From Planctomycetota bacterium (GTDB lineage: Bacteria > Planctomycetota > PLA2 > JAEUHO01): a DNA stretch of 64,000 nt. The notes beneath the pieces are model-generated. The model ran no database searches. It was not told the DNA's origin and saw only the letters and a program-made list of their open reading frames with translations. Below are positions 41,779 through 53,720 of the stretch, in pieces. Numbering within the stretch: the stretch's first letter is position 1; the number at the start of each line of letters is the position of its first letter. The position numbers and the translations under genes are program-made. The DNA is taken from the NCBI GenBank assembly GCA_050248855.1, contig JBFWRP010000011.1, forward strand, positions 1 through 64,000, given 5' to 3'.

Positions 41779-43608
41779 TCAGTCGGCGGACGTCTGGCTG
41801 TCCTCCTGGGGCAGGTCCCAGGTGAGGTGCAGCTCGTGCATCTGGGCGTCGTCGACCGCGGCCGGGGCGCCGCAGAGCAGGTCGGCCGCGCTGCTGGTCT
41901 TGGGGAACGCGATCACGTCCTGGATCGTCGATGCGCCGATCAGGCACATCACGAGGCGGTCCAGCCCCAGGGCGATACCCCCGTGCGGTGGCGTCCCGTA
42001 GCGCAGCGCCTCGACGAACCAACCGAAGCGTCGCTCGACCTCGGCCTCGTTGATGCCCAGCAACGCAAAGACGGTCTGCTGCACGTCCTGGCGGTGGACG
42101 CGGATGCTCCCGCCACCGATCTCCACGCCGTTCATGACGAGGTCGTACGCGCGCGAACGCAGCGTTCCGCAGAGCGCCTTGCGGTCCTCCGCCGAGCCCT
42201 TCGCCGCGGCGAAGAAGGCTTCGAGCTGGTCGCTGGCCGGGCTCGTGAACGGATGGTGCTGCGCGTCGATGCGCTGGTGCTCCTCGTCCCACGCGAACAG
42301 CGGGAAGTCGGTGACCCACAGCACTTCGTTGCGCGATTCGTCGACGAGCCCGAGCTTGGCGCCCACGAGCAAGCGCAAGCCACCGAGGACCCGGTGCACG
42401 AGCGTGTCGTCGCCCGCGGCCGTGAGCAGCAGGTCTCCGTCCTCCAGGCCCGCTGCCGCCAGGAATGCCGCGGCACCGTCACCGCCCAGGAACCGCGCCA
42501 GGGGGCCGCTGGGCTTGCCCTCGGCCAGCTTGGTCCAGGCCAAGCCCGGCGCGCCCATCGAGCGCGCCTCGCGCTCCAAGCCGTCGAGGTCCTTGCGCGA
42601 GAGCGCACTGCCGCCGGGCACGCGCAGGCCCTTCACGCGGCCGCCGGACTCCAGCGTGGTCGTGAACGGGGCGAAGCCGAGCGCGCCGGCGACACCGGCG
42701 AGGTCCACGAGCTCCAAGGGGTTGCGCAGGTCGGGTTTGTCGCTGCCGAAGCGCTCCATGGCCTCGGCGTACGTCATGCGCGGCAGCGGGTCGGGCAGCT
42801 GCGTGCCGCGCCACGTGCGCACGAGGTCGCGGATCAACGGCTCCAGCAGCGCGAAGATGTCCTCCTCCGTCACGAAGGACGCCTCGAGGTCCACCTGCGT
42901 GAACTCGGGCTGGCGATCGGCGCGCAGGTCTTCATCGCGGTAGCAACGCGCCAGCTGGTAGTAGCGGTCCTGGCCCGCCACCATCAGCAGCTGCTTGAAC
43001 AGCTGCGGCGACTGCGGCAGCGCATAGCAGGTGCCCGGGCGCACGCGGCTGGGCACGAGGTAGTCACGCGCGCCCTCGGGCGTGCTGCGGATCAGCGTGG
43101 GCGTCTCGATGTCGAGGAAACCCTGCGCCTCCAGGTGACGCCGCACGGTGCCGGCGATGCGGGCGCGGGCTCCCACGGTCTGCGTCAGCGCAGGCCGCCG
43201 GAGGTCCATGTAGCGGTGGCGCAGGCGAAGCTCGGTCGAGACGGCCGCATGCTCGTCGACGGGGATCGGCGGCGTGGCGGCCTCCGAGAGCACGACGAGC
43301 GCATGCGCCTCGACCTCGACCTCGCCGGTCGGCCGGCCGGGGTTGACGGCTTCCGCCGGGCGAGCGGCAACGCGACCCGTGACGCGCACGACCCACTCGG
43401 GGCGCACGCGCTCCGCGGCGCCCAGGAGGGCCGGGTCGCGGTCCCCGCGGAACGTCACCTGGGTCAGGCCGTAGCGGTCGCGCACGTCGAGGAACAGCAC
43501 GCCGCCCTGGTCGCGGCGGGCGTGGACCCAGCCGCAGAGCGTGACCTCCGTGCCTGCGTGCTCGGCCCGCAGGTCACCGCACGTGTGTGTCCGGTACGTG
43601 GTGCGCAT
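41779..43608 (-). CDS. aspS: Aspartate-tRNA ligase
   Basis: YRTHTCG, TPEGARDY, ALPQSPQLFKQ, RDEDLRADRQPEFTQ, PPHGGIALGLDR. Confidence 0.98.
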   Translation of the reverse strand: MRTTYRTHTCGDLRAEHAGTEVTLCGWVHARRDQGGVLFLDVRDRYGLTQVTFRGDRDPALLGAAERVRPEWVVRVTGRVAARPAEAVNPGRPTGEVEVEAHALVVLSEAATPPIPVDEHAAVSTELRLRHRYMDLRRPALTQTVGARARIAGTVRRHLEAQGFLDIETPTLIRSTPEGARDYLVPSRVRPGTCYALPQSPQLFKQLLMVAGQDRYYQLARCYRDEDLRADRQPEFTQVDLEASFVTEEDIFALLEPLIRDLVRTWRGTQLPDPLPRMTYAEAMERFGSDKPDLRNPLELVDLAGVAGALGFAPFTTTLESGGRVKGLRVPGGSALSRKDLDGLEREARSMGAPGLAWTKLAEGKPSGPLARFLGGDGAAAFLAAAGLEDGDLLLTAAGDDTLVHRVLGGLRLLVGAKLGLVDESRNEVLWVTDFPLFAWDEEHQRIDAQHHPFTSPASDQLEAFFAAAKGSAEDRKALCGTLRSRAYDLVMNGVEIGGGSIRVHRQDVQQTVFALLGINEAEVERRFGWFVEALRYGTPPHGGIALGLDRLVMCLIGASTIQDVIAFPKTSSAADLLCGAPAAVDDAQMHELHLTWDLPQEDSQTSAD

Positions 43609-43814
43609 CACCTCTACCTCTCTTCAGGTTGGGCGTGGACCGCGCATGGTGCCTGCGGCCGCCCTGCAGAGCCTGGGAAGAACTCACAGGCTCGAGCGTC
43701 GGCCTGCCTTGGCAGGCCGCGCCAACAGGCAGCTCGGGGGCTGGGCAACACGGATGCCCTGCCCCCGAGCGGTAGCCGGCGCCCAGTGCGGTCCCGGCCC
43801 AACCGCTCGATCCT

Positions 43815-45473
43815 TCAGCGGTCGGCGGAGGACCAGTCGTCGGTGTCGTCGCCCGACGTTCGGAACGGCGCGAGCGCGCGCGTCAGGCGGACGAAGCCCG
43901 GCTCGCCCAGCAGGGCCTCGTAGGCGGGCCCGGGCGGGAACTTGTCGAGGCGTCGCGCCAGCGCGGCGGCGACCGCATCGTCCGGCGTCTTTGCCGCCAT
44001 GGCCTCGCGCACCTCGGCCAGCTTCAAGGCCTTCGCCCAGCCGGCACCGCGGGGCTTGCCCTCGAAGTAGCGCTCCAGGCCTTGGACCGCCTCGAACAAG
44101 AGGCGCCGGTCGGCGGGGGTCGGGCCGGGAGGCGGCGCCTCGACCGGGGGCTTGGGCGCGACCTCGGGTTCCGCGGGCCCCGGAGCGGGGGCGGGGGCGG
44201 GCGCAGCCGGCGTCGTGCCTGCATCCGGAGCGGGAGCGGGAGCGGGAGCGGGGCGAGGGGGTGGCCCGACGGGCTGCGACGGCTGGGGCGCGCGCGCGGG
44301 GCCGGGTGCAGGCGGTGTGGGACCCGTCGCTGGCGTCGGCGCGGCGGGCTCGACCACCTCGGGGGCGGTGACGTCCGGGGCTGCCGGCGGCTCGGTGCCG
44401 GCGGGTGCGGTGTGGAGCGGCGGGGCGGCGGGCGGCACGTCGGCCGCGCCGGCAGGCGGCTCGGCCACGGGCACCTCGGCGTCCGGGTCGACGACGGGCG
44501 CGGTCTCCTCGTCGCACGCGGCCGCTTGACCCATGACGCCACACGGAGCCGCCGCGGGCGTCTCGCGCTCGCCGGGCGTGGGTGGCGGCGCGTCGGGAGC
44601 CGCGGGCTCCGGACGCGGCGGCATCGTCTCGGGCGGCGGCAGCGACTCCGCCGGCGTGCCTTCGTCGAACGTCGGAAGCGGCTCGAGGCCCGCGGGATCG
44701 CCAGGCAGCGGGCCCGGCGGCAGCGGTGCGTCGTCCCCGGGCGTCGCCACCCCGGGCGGCGGCGCCGTGCCGGGCGGGTTCGGAGGCACGGGCGGAGGTG
44801 GGACGGCAACAGGACCCGTGCGTGCCGGCCGCGGCGGTTCGCTCGTCGGCCCTTCGGCTTCGGGCGAAGGCTCGACGGGTGTCGCGACCTCGGCTGCGCC
44901 AGGCTCCGCGCCCGAAGCGCCGAGCGGTGTCAGGACCAGGCGGTCGAGCCCGAAGCGGTAGCCGTTGCTCCGCACGTCGTGGCCCACGACGCGGATCTCG
45001 ACGTCGTTGGCGCCGCGCACGAGGTTCACCTCGCCCAGACGAACGGGGCCCGCGAGGTCGACGCGGGGGGACCAGCCCTCGAGCGTCGGCTCGAACATGC
45101 GGCCGCGCACGCTCACGCGGACGTCGCCCGCATCGGGGCCGCGCGTCCACGCCGCGTCCACGCGGTAGGTGCCATCGGCCGGCGCCACGAGCACAAGACC
45201 GAGCGTCTGGCCCTCGCCGAACGGCTTCCAGCGCAGCTGCGCCCACCCCGACCAGCCGTCGCCGTGGTCGCGCATCGACTCGAGCTTGACCGTTCCCTCG
45301 GAAGCGCGCGCACCGCGCACCAGGGCTTCGCCCTCCACGACGAAGGGCCTCGTCGGAGCCTCCGCGGCCTGGGCGCACGGGGCCGCCGCGCCCAGCGCGA
45401 GCGCGGCCAGCAGGGCGCCGCCGCCGAGCAGACGGCAGGAGCGTGCGGCAGGGTCCGGGCGGCGCGATTCCAT
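43815..45473 (-). CDS. Secreted protein with beta-sandwich (CBM-like) N-domain and long Pro/Ala linker
   Basis: Signal peptide (AQA-AE); WSGWAQLRW...FGLDRLVL; ~250-aa Pro/Ala-rich tract; helical C-terminus. Confidence 0.7.
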   Translation of the reverse strand: MESRRPDPAARSCRLLGGGALLAALALGAAAPCAQAAEAPTRPFVVEGEALVRGARASEGTVKLESMRDHGDGWSGWAQLRWKPFGEGQTLGLVLVAPADGTYRVDAAWTRGPDAGDVRVSVRGRMFEPTLEGWSPRVDLAGPVRLGEVNLVRGANDVEIRVVGHDVRSNGYRFGLDRLVLTPLGASGAEPGAAEVATPVEPSPEAEGPTSEPPRPARTGPVAVPPPPVPPNPPGTAPPPGVATPGDDAPLPPGPLPGDPAGLEPLPTFDEGTPAESLPPPETMPPRPEPAAPDAPPPTPGERETPAAAPCGVMGQAAACDEETAPVVDPDAEVPVAEPPAGAADVPPAAPPLHTAPAGTEPPAAPDVTAPEVVEPAAPTPATGPTPPAPGPARAPQPSQPVGPPPRPAPAPAPAPDAGTTPAAPAPAPAPGPAEPEVAPKPPVEAPPPGPTPADRRLLFEAVQGLERYFEGKPRGAGWAKALKLAEVREAMAAKTPDDAVAAALARRLDKFPPGPAYEALLGEPGFVRLTRALAPFRTSGDDTDDWSSADR

Positions 45474-45589
45474 CCCCCCACCTTCCGCCGCCCTTGCCGG
45501 TCCTGCAAGGGGGACGCACGGGGGCCGCCGTGCGGGCCCCGTTGGCCGGGCCTTGGCGGCCGAGCCCGCGTGGCGGGGACCACCCACCG

Positions 45590-46980
<1,391 letters not shown>

Positions 46981-46984
<4 letters not shown>

Positions 46985-47520
46985 GTGGCCGTCCTCGCAC
47001 CTGTCGAGAGCACGGTCACGTGGTCGTTGGTGTAGAGGTCGATCTCGGCCGTGACGGCGAGCGCGGCGCGGCAGACCTCCTCCAGCGGTAGGTCGGCGTG
47101 CCGCAACAGCGCGCGAGCCGCGCCCAGCGCGACGTTGCCTCCACTGCCCGTGGCCAGGACCCCGTCGTCGGGGGCAATCACGTCGCCCGTGCCCGTGACC
47201 AGCAGCAGCTCGCTCGCGTCGGCCACGACGAGCACGGCCTCGAGACGCCTCAAGCGCCGGTCGCTGCGCCACTCGCGCGCCAGCTCGACCGCCGCCTTGC
47301 GCAACGGCGCGTCGCCGCCGCGCCCGAGGTGGCTCTCGAAGCGCTCCATGAGCGTGAGGGCGTCGGCCGCGCCGCCGGCAAACCCGGCAAGCACGCGGCC
47401 GTCGGCCAACGCGCGGACCTTGACCGCCCCGTGCTTCTGGATGCCGTGACCGAGCGTGACCTGGCCGTCGCCGCCGATCACGGCGTGGCCAGCGCGCTGC
47501 AGGGCGAGGATCGTCGTCAT
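46981..47520 (-). CDS. hslV: HslV protease subunit
   Basis: MTTILA (N-terminal Thr), GDGQVT, GFAG, LRRLEA, GSGG, YTN. Confidence 0.97.
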
Positions 47521-47530
47521 CGCGGCGAGC

Positions 47531-47986
47531 TCACGCTTCGTCGTCGTAGACCCAGCGCAGCACGTCGTGCTGGTAGTCGCAGGTGCCCTCGGGGAACCAG
47601 AGACCCAGCTCCATCGCCGCGTTCTCCGTGGAATCCGACGCATGCACGAGGTTGAACGAGCGGCTCATGCCGAAGTCGCCGCGGATCGTGCCGCCCGGGG
47701 CCTCCTGGCCGTTGGTGGGTCCGAGCAGCGTGCGCACGACGGCGACGGCGTTCACGCCGCGCACCGCGATGGCCACGACCGGGCCGCTGCCCATGAACTG
47801 CAGCAGGCTGCCGTAGAACGGGCGCTCGCGGTGGACCGCGTAGTGCTTCTCGAGCGTGGCCTTCGGCGCCACCAGCAGCTTGAGGCCGGCGATCGAGAGG
47901 CCCTTGTCCTCGAAGCGGGAGAGGACGCGACCGACGAGGCCGCGCTGGACGCCGTCGGGCTTGACGAGGACGAGGCTGGTCTCCAT
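47531..47986 (-). CDS. ndk: Nucleoside diphosphate kinase
   Basis: KPDGVQRGL, GTIRGDF, NLVHASDS. Confidence 0.98.
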   Translation of the reverse strand: METSLVLVKPDGVQRGLVGRVLSRFEDKGLSIAGLKLLVAPKATLEKHYAVHRERPFYGSLLQFMGSGPVVAIAVRGVNAVAVVRTLLGPTNGQEAPGGTIRGDFGMSRSFNLVHASDSTENAAMELGLWFPEGTCDYQHDVLRWVYDDEA

Positions 47987-48191
47987 GGGAACTCCTGGGC
48001 TCCGGGGCGACACGAACGCCGCCAAGGGGGTGGGGAAGGGCGGATTGTGCCGTCGGAGGCCGGGCCTGACCCGTCAAGCGCGAGGGCCCCGGAGGGCCGT
48101 ACACCGCGGTCGGATGACCCCTCCGTGACCACCTCCGGGGAACGTCGGCGGGACGGTGCCGCGTGCCCGCCGCTTGCTCCGAGGACCGACC

Positions 48192-49349
48192 ATGCGCCTG
48201 TTCCCGTTCGCCTCGCCCCGCCCTGCCGCCCTCGCCCTGCTCGTCGCCGGCGCCACGCTGCTGACGGGCTGCCAGTCCGACGGCCTCGGCCTCCCCGGTC
48301 AGGAGGAGGCCAAGGACGAGCAGACCCGCCTCGAGTACTACGAGACGGCTGCGCTCACGTACTACGACGGAGGCAGCTACCAGAACGCCGAGATCATGGC
48401 GGAGCGTTGGCTCAAGGCGAAGCCCGGCGACAAGCGAGCACGCCGCGTGCTGGCCCGCAGCAAGCTCAACCAGGGCACGCCCGTGAAGCTGCGCGAGGCC
48501 GAGGTGATCCTGAAGGACTTGGTCAACCTGGACTGGACGCACCCGACGCGGGGCGACACGCGCTTCGAGGTGCAGGGCGACCTCGCGCAGGTCTACTCGG
48601 ACCTGGCCGACCACTACCACCGCGAGGTGATCGAGCTCGAGGAGGAGCTCCGCAGCGGACGGTCGCCGAACCCGGGCGCTGCCGAGCAGCGGCTGGCCAA
48701 GCAGCGCATGGAGCGCAACAACCTCCTGGCCCAGGCCATGGGCCTCTGGGAGCAGGTGCTGGCCGCCAACCGCGACAATCCGTTCGCACTGGCCGCCATG
48801 GCCAAGGGCCACCTGCAGATGGGCAACGAGGACGCGGGCCTCTACTACGCCGAGCAGTACCTGCGCCTTGCCGAGACCAGCCAGGCAGGCTGGCGCAATT
48901 GGATGCAGCAGTTCGAGGCCGAGGCCAACCGCCAGGACGGCACGCTCGACCCGCAGCAACGCGAGTTCTTCATCGCGCGCATGCAGAGCGCACGCGAGAA
49001 GGCCAAGGCCATGCACCTCCTGGTCGGCACCGTGAACATGCGTCGGCAGGACTACCCGCGCGCGATCCAGCACTACACGGCCGTCATCCGCATGGACCCG
49101 AACGTCCCGGCGGCGTTCATCGAGCGTGCGCAGGCCTACGCCGCGATGGGCCAGTTCAGCTTGGCGCTCGACGACGTGGAGAACTACCTCGAGATGACGG
49201 ACCCCCAGGTCCACCGCAACGAGCGCGTCCAGGCCATGGAGCTGCTGGAGACGTACCGCGCCGCGCTGGCCGGAGGCGGGCGTCGGGGCGCCGCCCCGCC
49301 CCCGGCCCCCAGCTGGGACGAAGGCGGCGGCTGGCCCGCGCCGCGGTGA
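48192..49349 (+). CDS. TPR-repeat lipoprotein
   Basis: LLTGC lipobox; TPR-like DYPRAIQHYTAVIRMDPN...AFIERAQAYAAMGQ; GAGGA RBS. Confidence 0.8.
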   Translation: MRLFPFASPRPAALALLVAGATLLTGCQSDGLGLPGQEEAKDEQTRLEYYETAALTYYDGGSYQNAEIMAERWLKAKPGDKRARRVLARSKLNQGTPVKLREAEVILKDLVNLDWTHPTRGDTRFEVQGDLAQVYSDLADHYHREVIELEEELRSGRSPNPGAAEQRLAKQRMERNNLLAQAMGLWEQVLAANRDNPFALAAMAKGHLQMGNEDAGLYYAEQYLRLAETSQAGWRNWMQQFEAEANRQDGTLDPQQREFFIARMQSAREKAKAMHLLVGTVNMRRQDYPRAIQHYTAVIRMDPNVPAAFIERAQAYAAMGQFSLALDDVENYLEMTDPQVHRNERVQAMELLETYRAALAGGGRRGAAPPPAPSWDEGGGWPAPR

Positions 49350-49498
49350 CCTGACGGGCAGAGGCCCGCCATCCGGGCTTCGCGAGCGGCAGGAGGCCCT
49401 CCGTCCCCGGTCGCCCGTGCATCGGCCTCCCGGGGACGTTGGAAAGGGGGAGCACGCCGTCGGCCGCTTGGCCGCGTACCGTGGACACTTGGATCCCC

Positions 49499-50647
49499 AT
49501 GAAGTCCTTCGTTCCCTCCCGTTTGCGCTCCTTCCCCAGCTCCCGGTGCCCGGCGCGCGTCCTGGCCGGCGGCCTGCTCGCCGTCGTGCTGACACTCCCT
49601 GCCGCTGGCGTTGCGTGGGCCGACCCGCCGGCCGCCGCGGGGGACCGCCGGCCGGTCGAGCTGGTCCTGGACGGTGGCGAGGTCCTCGCCGGCGTCATCG
49701 AGTCGATGAGCTCGACGGAGGTCGTCCTGCGCGTCGGCCCCGAGTCGCTCAGACCGATCCCGCTCGATCGCCTCGCGCCGCTCGGCCTGTTCCGCGCGCG
49801 TCAAGCGCTCGCGCCGGCAGCTGACGGCGAAGCGCGTCTTGGGCTTGCCGAGCTCGCCGTGGACCTGGGTCTCTACGCGGAGGCCCGCGTCGAGCTCGAG
49901 AAGGCACTCGCACTCGGTGCGATCAAGGAGGCCGCCTTCGAGAAGGCGTTGCGGTCTGCCGAGACTTCCGCTGTCGAGGCCGGCCTGGCCCAGGCACGCA
50001 CGCGCGCCGAGGCGGGCGACCTCGAGGGCGCGCTGGACGTCGCACGCCGCCTCAAGCTCGACTTCGCCGAGGCGCCGGGCGCCTCCGAAGTCGGCAAGCT
50101 CGTGCAGCGCCTCGTGGACGAGATCGCCGCGATGGAGAAGGCGAGTGCCGAGGCCAAGGCCGAGCTCGAGCGCATCCAGCTGGGTGCGCGCCGCGCCAAG
50201 GAGATCTTCCAGCGCAAAACCGAGGCGCTCGACCTCATGCGCGAAGGGCGACGCTTGGCGACCGAGACGCGGACCAAGCAGGAGCAGGGCGCCGTCACGC
50301 GCGCCCGCAAGCTGGCCGAAGAGGCCGACGAGCGGTTCATGGCCTCGCGGCGTCACCTGGGTCGGCTGCGCCGCATCCTGCCCGCCGAGGCCCCCGAGCG
50401 CGCCGAGGTGCTCCAGGCCCTGAACCGCCTCGATCGCGAGCAGTTCGACCTGCTCTTCGGCATGGCCCGCTTCCTCTACCGCGACGCGGGTGTCTACACC
50501 CAAGCCGAGCGCTTCGCTGCGCGTGCCTCGTACATCGACCCCGTGCACCCGGACCTGATCGAGCTGCGCGACCAGCTCATCGCCGGCCGCATCCGCTACC
50601 GCGTGTCCGACGTCACGAACACGCACGGAACCGTGTCGACTCGGTAG
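49499..50647 (+). CDS. Hypothetical exported helical protein
   Basis: Signal peptide (AWA-DP); LVLDGGEVLAGVI followed by helical/coiled region. Confidence 0.72.
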   Translation: MKSFVPSRLRSFPSSRCPARVLAGGLLAVVLTLPAAGVAWADPPAAAGDRRPVELVLDGGEVLAGVIESMSSTEVVLRVGPESLRPIPLDRLAPLGLFRARQALAPAADGEARLGLAELAVDLGLYAEARVELEKALALGAIKEAAFEKALRSAETSAVEAGLAQARTRAEAGDLEGALDVARRLKLDFAEAPGASEVGKLVQRLVDEIAAMEKASAEAKAELERIQLGARRAKEIFQRKTEALDLMREGRRLATETRTKQEQGAVTRARKLAEEADERFMASRRHLGRLRRILPAEAPERAEVLQALNRLDREQFDLLFGMARFLYRDAGVYTQAERFAARASYIDPVHPDLIELRDQLIAGRIRYRVSDVTNTHGTVSTR

Positions 50648-50695
50648 ACGGGGCTCGGGACCGCGGCTCGCTTGACTGCGCGCCTCACGCAGGTT

Positions 50696-50783
50696 CGTTC
50701 CGCGCTCCCGCGCGGACTCGGCGCTCGGGCTACGCCCTCGCGGCAGGGGTGCTGGTTCCGCACCACCCCTGCACCCCTCACGG
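50696..50783 (+). repeat. Repeat unit C
   Basis: Matches 20481-20567 and rc of the 31717-31923 region. Confidence 0.8.
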
Positions 50784-50895
50784 CCCGTGACGACCCGATG
50801 CGTGCAGGACGCGGCCTGCTTCTGCGGTCGGTTGGAGCCCGCCGCCGACTACGACGCGGTTGGGGGCGCGAAGAACGGGCCGCCGGCGCACCCCG

Positions 50896-50993
50896 GGGTG
50901 GAGCCTGGGAATTCTTCCGCTACTCGCCGCAGAGGGCTCCCCCTTGGCGAGGCGCGTCCCTGCGAGTTGCGGAAGAAATCCCTGGCTCCGTAC
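50896..50993. mobile_element. 98-bp element, one degenerate end
   Basis: gggtggagcctgggaattcttccgc ... gcggaagaaatccctggctccgtac; between convergent genes. Confidence 0.7.
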
Positions 50994-51041
50994 CGGGTTC
51001 GGAGGCCATCGACCTCGCGCGCGCTTCTCGCACGCCGAGCG

Positions 51042-52193
51042 CTACTCCCCCACTTCCACGTCCGCCGGCGACGGCACGAAGCCCTGCATCAGCAGGTCGT
51101 CGCCGATGCGCTTCCAGGTGACGTCCTCGAGGGCCAGGGCGTCCTCGGTCCGGCGGATGCCGGTGCCGGCCACGGCGAGGACGCCGCGGTCGCCGCCGAG
51201 GATGCGGGGACTCACGAAGGCGGAGACCTGGTCAGCGAGGCGCGTGCGCAGCAAGACGCCATGCACCTGCGCGCCGCCTTCGACGAGCAGGCGCTGGACG
51301 CCCTCCTCGCGCAAGCGCACGAGCGCCGCGCCGATGTCGAGGTGGTCGAAGGCCGAGGGGACACGGATCACGCGACAGCCCATCGCGACGAGGACGCGCT
51401 CTTGCGCCGCGTTGGCGTCCTCGCCGGTGATGACCCACACGGGGGCCTCGTTCGCGGTGGACACGAGACGTGACGTGGCCGGCAGACGCAGCGAGGTGTC
51501 GAAGACGACGCGGCGCGGCTGCGGGCGCCCGTCGGGTGGGCCGCCGTCGAGCCGGCAGCGCAAGTCGGGATCGTCCGACAGCACGGTGTTCACACCGACC
51601 GCGATCGCATCCGACCGGCCGCGCCACTCGTGGGTCAGGCGCTTGGCCTTGACGCCCGAGATCGCGCCGCCGGTGCCAACCTCGGCCGCGATGCGCCCAT
51701 CCAGGGACATGGCCCACTTGAGGTGGACCCAAGGCCGCCGACGGGCCAGCGCGGCGACGAAGCGATCGAGGAGGCCCTCGGCCTCGGGGGCGAAGTCGGC
51801 CACGGGCCCGACGACCTCGAGGCCGGCCTTCTCCAACGCTTCCGCGCCCGCGCCCCGCTGGTCGGGGTGCGGGTCGAGTGCGGCAAACACGACGCGCTTG
51901 ACGCCCGCCGCGATCAGGGCGTCCGTGCAAGGCGGCGTCTTGCCATGCCGCGAGCAGGGCTCGAGCGACACGTAGGCCGTGGCGCCACGCGCCGCCTCGC
52001 CGGCCTTCGCGAGGGCCACGACCTCCGCATGCGGGCCGCCGAAGGCGCCATGCCAACCCTCGCCCACGACGCCCTCGGGGCCGACGAGGACGCAGCCCAC
52101 GGGGGGATTGGGCTCGACGGCCCCGACCCCCATGCGGGCCAACGCCACGGCGCGCTCCAGGCGCGGACGGTCCTCCTCCGCGAATCCGGCCAT
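51042..52193 (-). CDS. ribD: Bifunctional riboflavin deaminase/reductase
   Basis: PNPPVGCV, HAE, SLEPCSRHGKTPPC, KWAMSLDG, LVEGG. Confidence 0.96.
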   Translation of the reverse strand: MAGFAEEDRPRLERAVALARMGVGAVEPNPPVGCVLVGPEGVVGEGWHGAFGGPHAEVVALAKAGEAARGATAYVSLEPCSRHGKTPPCTDALIAAGVKRVVFAALDPHPDQRGAGAEALEKAGLEVVGPVADFAPEAEGLLDRFVAALARRRPWVHLKWAMSLDGRIAAEVGTGGAISGVKAKRLTHEWRGRSDAIAVGVNTVLSDDPDLRCRLDGGPPDGRPQPRRVVFDTSLRLPATSRLVSTANEAPVWVITGEDANAAQERVLVAMGCRVIRVPSAFDHLDIGAALVRLREEGVQRLLVEGGAQVHGVLLRTRLADQVSAFVSPRILGGDRGVLAVAGTGIRRTEDALALEDVTWKRIGDDLLMQGFVPSPADVEVGE

Positions 52194-52260
52194 CGGTCCT
52201 CCCAGCGCGCAGGGTAGCGGCCGTCCGGCCGGGCCGGGAGAGCGTGGTAGAGGGGTAGGC

Positions 52261-53604
52261 ATGCCGGATTCGGCTCGAACGCCCCTCACGCCTCGGCGGG
52301 CCCTCCCAGGTGCCCTGTGCCTGCTCGCCGCGGCGCTCCTCGTGGCATTGCCCGCCAGGTCCGGGGCGCGCTCCCCCCTCGCGGGCCGCTTGGCAGAGGC
52401 CGCCCCGGAGGGCGAGGCCCCGCCGAAGGGCAAGGCGCTCAAGGAGCTCGTCTCCGCCTACCTCGATGCCGACGCGGCGAGGCGCCGGACGCTGCGCCGG
52501 GAGCTCGACGCCCGCCTCGCACCGCTGGAGCCCAAGGAGGCCCAGGCCCTGCGCAAGTCGCTGCTGGACCTCGCGCGAAAGCGCGGGCCCAAGCTCGAGA
52601 AGGGCGGCTCCTCGTGGTTCTACGAAGAGGGGCGCGGGCGCTACATCTCCGCGGGCAAGCCGGGCCCCGTGCTGTTCATCGGCCTGCACGGCGGGGGCGC
52701 AGGCTCGGGCGATGCGTCCTCCTCCGCCAGTGCCATGGGCGGGGGTGGCTGGTGGTGGATCCACCCGGAGGTGCTCGAGAAGACCGAGCACGGCTGGACC
52801 GACGCGGGCACGGACCGCTTCGTGCTGGACCTTGTGCAGGCGGCCAAGCGCACGGCCAAGGTGGACCCCGATCGCATCTACATCACCGGGCACAGCATGG
52901 GCGGCTACGGCAGCTGGACGCTGGGCGCGCAGCATGCCGACGTATGGGCCGGCGCCGCGCCCTTCGCGGGCGCGCCGACGGCGTACTACCGCTCCCCCAC
53001 CGACAAGACCGTCGTGGGCATCCAGGACGGCATCCTGCCGAGCTTCTACAACCTCCCGCTGCACGTCTACCAGAGCCTGGACGACGTGCAGGTCACGCCC
53101 GAGTCCAACATCTTCGCGAACCAGGCGCTGACCGAGCTGAAGGCACGCTTCCCGAAAGGCTTCGACTGGAAGTACGTGGAGGTCGACGGGCGCGGGCACG
53201 CCGCGCCGGCCGAAGGCTACCTGCCCGCGCTCGAGTGGCTCGCGAGCCACAAGCGCAACGCGCGGCCGCAGGTGGTGCACTGGCAGCCGTCGCTACCGTG
53301 GAAGCAGCACTTCTACTGGCTGTGGTGGGAGCAGCCGGAGCTCGGCGCGTGGCTCGAAGTCAGCGCGGGCGAGGACAACTCGATCGACGTGAAGACGATC
53401 CAGGGGTCGGGGGACGTCACGGGGCTTTCGCTGCTCGTCGGGGCCCCGCTCGTGGACCTGGAGCGACCGATCACGGTGCGCGTGGATGGCGAGCAACGCT
53501 TCCACGGGGTCGTGCCGCGGACGTTGAGCACGATGCTGATGACGCTGCCGCGCGAGGACGACGCCCTGCTGTTCGACGCGCGGATCGACCTGGACCCGCG
53601 GTAG
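52261..53604 (+). CDS. Exported alpha/beta-hydrolase (esterase/peptidase-like)
   Basis: LHGGG, VDPDRIYITGHSMGG nucleophile elbow, DDVQV, RGH. Confidence 0.82.
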   Translation: MPDSARTPLTPRRALPGALCLLAAALLVALPARSGARSPLAGRLAEAAPEGEAPPKGKALKELVSAYLDADAARRRTLRRELDARLAPLEPKEAQALRKSLLDLARKRGPKLEKGGSSWFYEEGRGRYISAGKPGPVLFIGLHGGGAGSGDASSSASAMGGGGWWWIHPEVLEKTEHGWTDAGTDRFVLDLVQAAKRTAKVDPDRIYITGHSMGGYGSWTLGAQHADVWAGAAPFAGAPTAYYRSPTDKTVVGIQDGILPSFYNLPLHVYQSLDDVQVTPESNIFANQALTELKARFPKGFDWKYVEVDGRGHAAPAEGYLPALEWLASHKRNARPQVVHWQPSLPWKQHFYWLWWEQPELGAWLEVSAGEDNSIDVKTIQGSGDVTGLSLLVGAPLVDLERPITVRVDGEQRFHGVVPRTLSTMLMTLPREDDALLFDARIDLDPR

Positions 53605-53610
53605 ACCCCC

Positions 53611-53708
53611 GTACGGAGTCGGGTGAGATTCCACCTTCGGGCTGCCAAGAGCAGGCGCCGGCGGGGGAACCTTGCAGCCCGAAGGTGGAATCTCACCCGA
53701 CTCCGTAC
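53611..53708. mobile_element. 98-bp GTAC-ended element, copy 3 of the first subfamily
   Basis: 35-bp perfect arms carrying paired changes relative to copy 1; between convergent genes. Confidence 0.8.
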
Positions 53709-53720
53709 TGCGGAACGCCC

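Noticed and set aside
41827..43923. Long antisense or alternate-frame ORFs (also 3748-5268, 5174-7222, 18152-20134, 33927-36812, 39838-41718, 52317-55313, 59301-61151)
   Set aside because: These are shadows of clearly identified genes; GC-rich DNA lacks stop codons in off-frames.
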